This document shows positions 49,246 to 57,395 of a stretch of 63,541 nt of DNA, one piece after another. Position 1 is the stretch's first letter. Each line of letters begins with the position of its first letter. A program made the translations under genes and the position numbers. The stretch is from Oligoflexales bacterium (GTDB lineage: Bacteria; Bdellovibrionota_B; Oligoflexia; Oligoflexales; CAIYRB01), in contig JBGSUI010000146.1 in the NCBI GenBank assembly GCA_041736175.1, positions 1-63,541 of the forward strand, written 5' to 3'. The notes beneath the pieces were generated by a model. It was not told the origin of the DNA and did not search any database. It saw nothing but the letters and a program-made list of their open reading frames with translations.

Positions 49246-50268
49246 ATGATGGGTTTAACATTGCATCGGGCGGCCATCTTTCTTAACCATCGTGCGGGAC
49301 AGCACCAACGAACCAATTGGAAAAAATCAATTGAATTGGCTTTGTTTCGGTCTGAGCTAACGTTTATCTCCATGAGCGAACCGACCCAAGTCCAAGAAGC
49401 ACTTAAAAAAATCAAAGATAATCAGTATGATGCTGTGATTACCGTCGGTGGAGATGGCACACTCCATGGGGTTATTCAAGCTGCAGCAGGGACCGAAACC
49501 CGGTTTCTAGTCCTCCCCGGTGGAACGGCCAATGACCTGTCCCGCCAACTAAACCACCACGGATCTCTAGACAAAAGCCTAGAACTGGTGCGCTGTGATC
49601 GGTGGCAGTCTATCGATTTGATCGATGTCAATGGTGTCCTTATGGCTACCAACGGGGGTATCGGCCTGGTCGGCGATGTCGCCGCGAGCGTCGAACGATA
49701 TCGCAATCGTCTCCCTCCCTTTGTTCAACTGATGTCGCACCTTGGACACCGGATCTACTCGACGGTTCTTGGAGTCCAATTATTGACGGGTCCGACAGTC
49801 CCCTATGAGTTTAACCTCCGGTCAAAAGAGTTTTCTGGAACCATTGAAACACCAATCCTCTTGATCAATAATCAGCCCTACTTGGCTGGTAGCTTTCCTG
49901 TGGCACCAACCACATCTAATCAAGACGGATCTTTTAATGTAACCGTGTTTTTTCATCAAAAAATGCTGGACTTAGCCATGGCTATCGACCGGGTCAGGCG
50001 GCATATTCCTCCGGTTTATGATCCAAATATTGTTTCCTTTGAAACCAGCGAGCTAGAGGTCATAAGTCCACCTTCCCAAGGACCGTGCCCTTTTTTTGGA
50101 GACGGGGAGGCGATGGGCAGCAGCGATTTTTATCGCATGACCGTGCGACCCCAAGCTCTTCGGGTCTTTGTGGACCCACTCCATAACCCAGCCTCTGATT
50201 CTATGGTTTTTAGACCTTCCTGTGGCAATCCTCCAACCCATTCAACCCCCCGAGACCTGCATATATGA
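49246..50268 (+). CDS. Diacylglycerol/lipid kinase family protein (YegS/BmrU)
   Basis: VGGDGTLH, LPGGTANDL, IDL, GDGE. Confidence 0.88.
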   Translation: MMGLTLHRAAIFLNHRAGQHQRTNWKKSIELALFRSELTFISMSEPTQVQEALKKIKDNQYDAVITVGGDGTLHGVIQAAAGTETRFLVLPGGTANDLSRQLNHHGSLDKSLELVRCDRWQSIDLIDVNGVLMATNGGIGLVGDVAASVERYRNRLPPFVQLMSHLGHRIYSTVLGVQLLTGPTVPYEFNLRSKEFSGTIETPILLINNQPYLAGSFPVAPTTSNQDGSFNVTVFFHQKMLDLAMAIDRVRRHIPPVYDPNIVSFETSELEVISPPSQGPCPFFGDGEAMGSSDFYRMTVRPQALRVFVDPLHNPASDSMVFRPSCGNPPTHSTPRDLHI

Positions 50269-51497
50269 CGACCATCGCAATATCTCATGCCCGTGGATTT
50301 TTAGGAGAACAGCTTTGTAAGCTCGCTCTGTCCCAAGGCCATTGCGTCTATGGTCTCGTCTTTGGCAGCGAAGCAAGCCCTTTTAATATCGAAGGTGTTC
50401 GTTATGTTTCGATAGAAGGCGCCCAAAGTAAGTGCCCATTGGACCTCGCTAGGACGGAACTAAAGGACGTGGAAATATTGATCCACGCCGGCGGCCCTTA
50501 CACCCTTGATCTCTCATTGCTTGATACCCAACCCGTCGGTCCCCGAGGCCGACAGGAAGAGGTTGCCGTTGATTCTCCACTTGAACTGGAATGTTTCTAT
50601 AGCCATATCACCGAAGTGATCCTAGGCCTCGCTTTGCAACTCCCAAACTTAAAGCACCTGATCGGTCTGAGTTCTTTGTCCGTCGGCACTAAGTTCGGTA
50701 CCCGATTTTTATCTAAACAAGGACTCAAAAACAAAGCAAAAGCGAACTCTTCAAAGAAAAACCCCATCGTCCTACTAGAAGCCCCCATCCGCACCGATCA
50801 CTATCCGGACTTTAAGGCTCTCGAACACAAACCAATGACCCATCCTCTAGGTCTTGCGGCTTTGGCTTTTGAGCGGAGTTTAGAAGGAAGTCATGGCTGG
50901 AAATCACCGACTATAAAGAAAACAATAGTACGCTTAGGGACTCTGATCGGAGATTCCATAACTGGTGCGTATCCAAACCTCAATGGCCTATACTCGGTTG
51001 TTCCTTTTTGTCATCAACTGGCCCGCGGTGAATCTTTTATAAACAAGCTTCCTTTCTTACCACTGCCATTTCATGAACGATCCCGTTTGTGTTTATTACC
51101 TGTGGACCTCGCTGCAAGGGCCCTCTTAGATTTGGCTATAGTTGCTCCCCCTGTCCCATCCTCTTCGGGCAAAACAGAGTATCGACATCTCGCAGATCCT
51201 GACCGGGATGTGTCGGTCCGTAGGTTTTTTGCCATCAATATGCGCCATTCCGGGCTCGAAATACCGCCCCTGGCCGTGGGCGCGACTCCACTTTTCGAAC
51301 CGATCTTTCAAAAACTCGGACTCGATACCAACCTTTTCAAGCTCATGTCTTTTGATGTCACCTGTAGTGCTACGCAATTTAAGGCTGAAGTGCCGCATTT
51401 CACCCTCAAACCAATGCTCGAATACTATCCGACACTCCTAGCCTATGCCCAAAAACATCTGCTCCATAAAAAACCGCTAGGAGAATCTGTCCTATGA
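50265..51497 (+). CDS. Extended SDR / fatty-acyl reductase-like protein with degenerate motifs
   Basis: SHARGFLG in place of TGATGFLG; IVRLGTLIGDSITG…GLY; PVD; no YxxxK. Confidence 0.6.
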   Translation: MTTIAISHARGFLGEQLCKLALSQGHCVYGLVFGSEASPFNIEGVRYVSIEGAQSKCPLDLARTELKDVEILIHAGGPYTLDLSLLDTQPVGPRGRQEEVAVDSPLELECFYSHITEVILGLALQLPNLKHLIGLSSLSVGTKFGTRFLSKQGLKNKAKANSSKKNPIVLLEAPIRTDHYPDFKALEHKPMTHPLGLAALAFERSLEGSHGWKSPTIKKTIVRLGTLIGDSITGAYPNLNGLYSVVPFCHQLARGESFINKLPFLPLPFHERSRLCLLPVDLAARALLDLAIVAPPVPSSSGKTEYRHLADPDRDVSVRRFFAINMRHSGLEIPPLAVGATPLFEPIFQKLGLDTNLFKLMSFDVTCSATQFKAEVPHFTLKPMLEYYPTLLAYAQKHLLHKKPLGESVL

Positions 51498-53722
51498 AAC
51501 ATATCGTCCACTTAAGCTTTGGAAGTTCGGCGATCAATGGCGAGCATCTCCTCGAAAAGGAAGGCGAAACCATCCGCCTGACCCGACTCGGGGTCGATCA
51601 TCGGTTTGAACTGCTCTTAGAATGGATCAAGGAGCACTCAGGTCGGTGTGATGTGATTGCACTGTCACACTTGCCCCCTCCCGTTCGAACTGCTACAAAA
51701 ACCTATCAGCATGACACCTTAAGCCAAGTTTTAAAAGCTCTTGGAACCCAGCCCCATACCCTGGGTTTTCTCGCAGAAAATATTTACGGAACCTGGGCCT
51801 TTGAGCATTGCCTTAAGTCTGGATCCATCGACATTCAAAGCAGTGCAGTCACCATGGTATCGGGTCTCTGGCAACAAGACATTAAAAGGGTTTTAGCGTC
51901 CCAAACTCAAAACCTTTATTTTTTAGACCCCTGGTTTTTGTTTGGAGTCAGCGCCGCAATTAAAGGCTCAAAAACCTTTGACAGGTGGGCACAGGTGACC
52001 TGTCCTTCCCTGACTCACTTTAAGCATCAATGGATTAAGGAACACCGTGGCAGCCTCAGTCCTACGCTGGTTCCATGGATGAAGCCCGCCCTTGATGCCG
52101 AAATCCTGGTATGCTGTGCCACCCTTTTACCCAAAATAGAGCCACGCATCCTGAAAAATAAGACTATATTTATCGACGAAATGACTCCAGAGATCGCAGG
52201 ATACCTAAAAAATATTGGTGTTTATAACGCCTATGCCAGCCGCTTTGAGCTGACCTCCCACTCCACCACCTCCCTTAAATGGTGTGAGGTGGAGGCCCTA
52301 GCCATGCTTGATCTCCAACAAGACGACTGCAGTCCAGGGGATTTAGGGACCCATACCGGGACTGGAAAATCACTTGTGCTCGCGGACGTGATTGAGTTTG
52401 TGGACCGCATCGGACTGAAACCCCAAATCGAAGTCCTCTACCCAGAGCGGCAAAAGCCTTTGCGAAAATTCGCATTTGTGATTCACCCCCTAAGTCAGGA
52501 TCATCTCTTTGACCATCCAATGGCTGCAATGGTTAAACCACTGCCAAAATTTGTGAAAAACCAACTAGAACAGTGGATCAACCATGCACCTGGCATCCGG
52601 TATGGCACCATCTCTGGAATCGTCAGCGAGAGTACGGGTGTGCATACGGAAGGTCTAATCTACACATTATTTGGAACTCCCAAAAAACTCTTAGCGTCTG
52701 ACCCAGAGCTTATTTATAAACAGCTGGTGAAGATTGCGGAACATGCAGCCCAACAAGGTGCTCAGATCATCGGTTTAGGAGCCTTTACTAAAATCGTTGG
52801 CGATGCGGGCATCACAGTAGCTGCAAGAAGCCCCATTCCCGTCACCACGGGCAATAGCCTCTCTGCGGCGGCCACTCTGTGGGCAGCCAGGGATGCCTGC
52901 CGCAAACTAGGGTTTGTAACTTTCGACCGCTCCCAAGGATCAGTCATCCAAGGTCGCGCCATGGTTATTGGAGCTACAGGAAGCATCGGCAAGGCCTGTG
53001 CAAAAATACTTAGTAAACTCTTTTCGGAAGTGGTTATCACAGCCACTAATGGCCCCCGACTCTTTCAGCTCAAAGAAGAAATCGCAGAAGAATCCCCAGA
53101 GACCGTGGTCCATGTCACCACCCAGCCATCTAAGTTTGCCCATAATGCCGATGTCATCGTCATCTCGACGAGCGCGATTGCAGGAGGAGTGCTCGACCTA
53201 GACAAGGTTAAGCCGGGATGCGTGATCTGCGATGTCAGCCGGCCGCTCACCTTTAAAGCCGCAGAAGTCATCAAACGCCCCGATGTTTTAGTCATCGAAA
53301 GCGGTGAAATCGAACTCCCTGGAAACATCAAGATGGACTGCGATATTGGTCTGCCGGATGCTATCGTCTATGCGTGTTTAGCAGAAACTGCGATCCTCGC
53401 CCTAGAAGGTAGGTATGAGACTTTCACCCTTTCCCGAGACATCGCCACAAACAAGGTGATTGAAATCTACAAAATGACCAAAAAACACGGCGGTCGGCTG
53501 GCAGCGATCCGTGGTCCTAACGGCATCATCACCGACCTTGATATCGACCTTTGTCGGGAACATGCCCTTAAGAAAATGCAGGAAAACCCTGAATCGCTCA
53601 CAGAAAAGATCGCGATGCCCCCTTCGGATAAACCCCGAAAATCCGATAAAAAGCGTAACGATCTGTCCCATCGTCAATCGACTAACTTAGTAAACTTGGT
53701 AAACTTGGAATCAGGAACATGA
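51494..53722 (+). CDS. Acyl-ACP reductase-like dehydrogenase with N-terminal extension
   Basis: FAFVIHPL, GLGAFTKIVG, TTGNS, IGATGSIG, DVSRP, YACLAETAILALEG. Confidence 0.78.
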   Translation: MKHIVHLSFGSSAINGEHLLEKEGETIRLTRLGVDHRFELLLEWIKEHSGRCDVIALSHLPPPVRTATKTYQHDTLSQVLKALGTQPHTLGFLAENIYGTWAFEHCLKSGSIDIQSSAVTMVSGLWQQDIKRVLASQTQNLYFLDPWFLFGVSAAIKGSKTFDRWAQVTCPSLTHFKHQWIKEHRGSLSPTLVPWMKPALDAEILVCCATLLPKIEPRILKNKTIFIDEMTPEIAGYLKNIGVYNAYASRFELTSHSTTSLKWCEVEALAMLDLQQDDCSPGDLGTHTGTGKSLVLADVIEFVDRIGLKPQIEVLYPERQKPLRKFAFVIHPLSQDHLFDHPMAAMVKPLPKFVKNQLEQWINHAPGIRYGTISGIVSESTGVHTEGLIYTLFGTPKKLLASDPELIYKQLVKIAEHAAQQGAQIIGLGAFTKIVGDAGITVAARSPIPVTTGNSLSAAATLWAARDACRKLGFVTFDRSQGSVIQGRAMVIGATGSIGKACAKILSKLFSEVVITATNGPRLFQLKEEIAEESPETVVHVTTQPSKFAHNADVIVISTSAIAGGVLDLDKVKPGCVICDVSRPLTFKAAEVIKRPDVLVIESGEIELPGNIKMDCDIGLPDAIVYACLAETAILALEGRYETFTLSRDIATNKVIEIYKMTKKHGGRLAAIRGPNGIITDLDIDLCREHALKKMQENPESLTEKIAMPPSDKPRKSDKKRNDLSHRQSTNLVNLVNLESGT

Positions 53723-54945
53723 GTTTTTTTAGAAAACAAAAACACCTAGACAAAAGCTCCCAATACTTTACGGGTCTTAATTACACCCTAGCCAACGAAG
53801 ATTCGTGGCTGGAGCTTAATATGGCCAAGAAGTTGGGGTCCCGCAAGATTCTGACGGTCTGCGGCAGTGGCGGACGGTCCCTCCCCTTTTTAAGCCTAAA
53901 CCCAGAGACTTTAACGCTGGTGGATCTTTCAACAGCCCAACTGGATTTAGCGCGTTTTAAAGCCGCCACGCTCAGCCAACTGGATTTTGAGGCCTATTGT
54001 CTTTTTTGGGGCTTTCCTCCTTACGATCCTCTGGAAAACACCCTTGCCCGTCGCAAGATTTTCGAGAGCCTGGCCTTAGACCACGATCTGCGAGAGAGGC
54101 TCGACCACATCATGCGGTTTCATAGAGACGAGGGGCTGATCTACCAAGGACGCTGGGAACAGCGCTATACGGCTACCCCGCGTCTGCTTAGGCAGGTGAT
54201 AGGACCTGTGCTCGCACGTTTCTATGATGATATTTTTGAGTTTAGAGATTTAGATAGCCAGCGGCAGTACTTGGAAAAAATCCTGCAAAACCCCCTATGG
54301 AAAGCCTTACCGCGAGCCCTTATTTTTGGAATTGGCAATGCCCACTTTTTTAATACCTTTATTTATAAAGGAGCCATGGTCACCAAAAACATTCCCCAAA
54401 CGTCCTTTGATTTTTATCGACAGGCTTTTCGGGGAGCGATGTGGAACAGTTTGGCACGGGAAAACTTTTTTCTACAGCTAAGTTTTTTTGGAAAAATCGT
54501 CTTCCCAGAGGCTAACCCTCCCGAAGCACATCCAGACGTCTATACTGGATCCAAAAAGGCCTTGCCAGTGGTCGATCTACGCTATATCAACTCCGGCGTG
54601 ATACCAGAACCTGAAAATACCATGGGTGACTCAAAAGGTGACTCAAAGGGTGACTCAAAGGGTGACTCAAAGGTTTCAGGCCAGCTCAGGGAGTCTGGCC
54701 CCTTTGATTTCGTCTCTCTAAGCGATGTTCCTTCCTATTTTAAAGGGGACCTAGAACAAGAGTATCTCCAGCGGCTCCGCCCTATCTTGTGTCCAGGAGC
54801 AGTTGTCGTAAGTCGATGTTACCTAAGGATTCCAGAAGAAACAAACATAAATGGGTTTACTGATATCACCAATGATTGGAAGGAAGCCATCGAGGTGGAA
54901 AAAACCCATATGTATAAGATTTTTGTCTATAGATTTGAAGGCTAA
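53719..54945 (+). CDS. DUF3419/BtaA-like SAM-dependent transferase
   Basis: LNYTLANED, CGSGG, VDLSTAQL, YQGRWE, ENFF, SLSDVPSY. Confidence 0.78.
   Translation: MSFFRKQKHLDKSSQYFTGLNYTLANEDSWLELNMAKKLGSRKILTVCGSGGRSLPFLSLNPETLTLVDLSTAQLDLARFKAATLSQLDFEAYCLFWGFPPYDPLENTLARRKIFESLALDHDLRERLDHIMRFHRDEGLIYQGRWEQRYTATPRLLRQVIGPVLARFYDDIFEFRDLDSQRQYLEKILQNPLWKALPRALIFGIGNAHFFNTFIYKGAMVTKNIPQTSFDFYRQAFRGAMWNSLARENFFLQLSFFGKIVFPEANPPEAHPDVYTGSKKALPVVDLRYINSGVIPEPENTMGDSKGDSKGDSKGDSKVSGQLRESGPFDFVSLSDVPSYFKGDLEQEYLQRLRPILCPGAVVVSRCYLRIPEETNINGFTDITNDWKEAIEVEKTHMYKIFVYRFEG
54625..54672 (+). repeat. 12-bp in-frame tandem repeat x4 (GDSK)
   Basis: GGTGACTCAAA(A/G) repeated four times. Confidence 0.92.
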
Positions 54946-54958
54946 AAGAAAGCACCTT

Positions 54959-56437
54959 ATGTCAAACCTCTCCAATGCTGCCCACAAAATCGATTTAGCC
55001 ATCCAGGAAAACAAAAATCAGCCTGCTCTTTGGCTTCCAGGTAGTCATCGCAGCCTTGGTTCGCCACAATGGACGAGTGGCGCCTTAAGCTTTGGGGATT
55101 TAGACCTAAAGGCCCGTAGGGCGGCAGCACTCCTCCAGGCGAGAGGCATCAAGCCCCTCGATCAGGTGCTGCTTGCGATCGATCTCTCCTATGATCTGTA
55201 TGCCTGGGTGGTTGCCGCAGCAAGGCTCGGCGCCACCATCCTCCTTGTCGAGCCTTGGCTTAAACTAGGCCGTATCGAAAAAATATTGAATGACCAAAAA
55301 CCCAAGTTTTTTGTGGCGGGCCCCCTGGGGAGCCTGTGGGGACTTAGAATCAAGGGGGTTCGGTCGATCCCCCATAAAATCAACGCCAGGTCACTGGAAC
55401 AGAGTCCTGCGGATTCCCACCGCACCCTAGATTTAGATATGGACACTCCCTGTTTGATCGCCTTTACTTCGGGGACTACCGGAGACCCTAAAGGTCTCGT
55501 AAGGACCCATCGGTACCTCAACGCTGCACTCGATACACTCAATACCAGCCTTGGGTTCAACCAAATCCAAGGTCCAGATCTAGTGATTTTTGCCAACTTT
55601 ACCCTCGCCAACCTCGCCAACGGTCGGACCTCCCTTATCATGCCTGCTCGTTGGTCACATGACCATATCAGATGCCTTGATCTGCTTCCCGCCCCCCTTA
55701 AGCCGGTCTCCGTTACCACGGGACCAGCCTATATGCAGGCTCTCTTACAAGAATCCCAGCTATCGAGCTTAAGGCACATCCATATCGGTGGTGCTCTGAC
55801 TGAAAATAGTTTTTTTGAAAAACTCTTTGTAAGATTTTCATCAGCCCACATCAGTCATATCTATGGCAGCAGCGAGGTAGAACCCGTCGCCCTGATCGAT
55901 GCTCGTAAGGCTGTCAACCTCAGCCGAGGTCATGGTTTTTTTCACACCCTTTGTGTGGGAAATCCTTTAAAAAGCCTTAAAACCAAAATCCAAGGGGAAA
56001 GCCTTTGGGTCAGCGGCCCCCACGTAAGCCCTGAGTATCTCGGCAACCCCGAGGCCAATCGAGTCCACAAATCCAGGGACCAAGAAGGAAATCTTTGGCA
56101 CCGGATGGGAGACCGGATACTCCCCATAAACGATCAATGGTTTTACTTAGGCCGCGAACACCAATCCCGCGAGTCTTTTGACCTAGAGCAAAAGCTCTAC
56201 ACCCTTTTGGGCCATGGAGAGGCTTTTGTGGACGAACTCGCTCCCCAGCGATATGCCGTCTATGTGGACCCTAGCAAAACTCCGGACCTTAAATCCACGA
56301 CCCTAGGGGCCATGATCAAGGCTAGTCTTCCAGAGATCTTGGATTTTTACACAACCTCCATAACAAAAGACAAACGCCACCGCGCTCGGATCGACCGGGT
56401 GCGGTCCAAACAATCAGCCCATAAACCATCAATCTAA
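54959..56437 (+). CDS. AMP-binding (acyl-CoA ligase/OleC-like) protein
   Basis: FTSGTTGDPKG, YGSSEVEP, WHRMGD, DKRHRARIDR. Confidence 0.85.
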   Translation: MSNLSNAAHKIDLAIQENKNQPALWLPGSHRSLGSPQWTSGALSFGDLDLKARRAAALLQARGIKPLDQVLLAIDLSYDLYAWVVAAARLGATILLVEPWLKLGRIEKILNDQKPKFFVAGPLGSLWGLRIKGVRSIPHKINARSLEQSPADSHRTLDLDMDTPCLIAFTSGTTGDPKGLVRTHRYLNAALDTLNTSLGFNQIQGPDLVIFANFTLANLANGRTSLIMPARWSHDHIRCLDLLPAPLKPVSVTTGPAYMQALLQESQLSSLRHIHIGGALTENSFFEKLFVRFSSAHISHIYGSSEVEPVALIDARKAVNLSRGHGFFHTLCVGNPLKSLKTKIQGESLWVSGPHVSPEYLGNPEANRVHKSRDQEGNLWHRMGDRILPINDQWFYLGREHQSRESFDLEQKLYTLLGHGEAFVDELAPQRYAVYVDPSKTPDLKSTTLGAMIKASLPEILDFYTTSITKDKRHRARIDRVRSKQSAHKPSI

Positions 56438-56456
56438 AAGTGAGAACCTTATCGCT

Positions 56457-57395
56457 ATGACAATGACAGCCACTACAACTCCCACCCACCCATGGTTGAT
56501 CTACTTTAAAGAACGCTGCCCTCTAGGGTCCTACGTACTCTTGTCTGTTGGAATTGGCCTCGGTCCCCAGGTCCTAAGTGGGGCGTCGGTGTCTCTTGGC
56601 AGCGCTCTGTGGAGTGCCCTCCTGATGTTTTGTTTCTTTGTCGTGCTAAGAATGATGGACGAAGTTAAAGACTATAAAAAGGACCAAATCGCCCATCCCG
56701 ACCGCCCTCTCCCCCGTGGGCTCATATCCTACGACGCCGCTAAACGTGCAGTACAAATAGGCCTCGCCGTGATGGGGGTTTTCTGCGCCCTAACCTTTGC
56801 CCTCTGGGGTTTGACTCCCGCAGTCCTCTATGGGGTGACCATCCTTTATCTCTATCTGATGTACCGTGAATTTTATTGTGGACCCCAACTAGAAAGATAC
56901 CCGCTTGTTTATGCTGGATCCCATCAAGCAATTCTTTTTCTCCTATGTGCGACCGCTGCGGCCTGTGCCGGGACACCCGCTGGACCGGGATCTTGGACCC
57001 AATGGAAAATGCCCGAAGCAGGTCTTTTGATGGCTGGGTTGCAGATTTTTCCGGCGTTTTTTGCCTATGAAATAGGCCGCAAGATGAATCCCGACGCCCA
57101 TCCCAACCTGGGCTACTACCGCCAGACCTACGGCCTCTTTGGATGTCGCCTGATCCTATCTGGACTCCTCTTACTTGGAGCTCTTGGACTTTATTGGGGA
57201 GTCATCACGACCTCGTTTATCAGCGAAGCTGGCCTCTATAGCTGGTTTGGCCTAGGAACCCTCGGGATAGCCTTAAGTTTTGTCGCTACATGGTTTGCAG
57301 GCGACCGGGGCTACAAATGGATCGGCCATGCCACGACGATCAACCTCATGTTAGCTGTATACGCCCCTATCCTGGCTTTTTATGGATTCTCATAA
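56457..57395 (+). CDS. UbiA-family prenyltransferase
   Basis: RMMDEVKDYKKD…RPLPRG, YEIGRK, multiple TM helices. Confidence 0.8.
   Translation: MTMTATTTPTHPWLIYFKERCPLGSYVLLSVGIGLGPQVLSGASVSLGSALWSALLMFCFFVVLRMMDEVKDYKKDQIAHPDRPLPRGLISYDAAKRAVQIGLAVMGVFCALTFALWGLTPAVLYGVTILYLYLMYREFYCGPQLERYPLVYAGSHQAILFLLCATAAACAGTPAGPGSWTQWKMPEAGLLMAGLQIFPAFFAYEIGRKMNPDAHPNLGYYRQTYGLFGCRLILSGLLLLGALGLYWGVITTSFISEAGLYSWFGLGTLGIALSFVATWFAGDRGYKWIGHATTINLMLAVYAPILAFYGFS

Noticed and set aside
53719..54945. Canonical betaine lipid (DGTS) btaAB locus
   Set aside because: There is no BtaB methyltransferase in the window, and the gene context differs.
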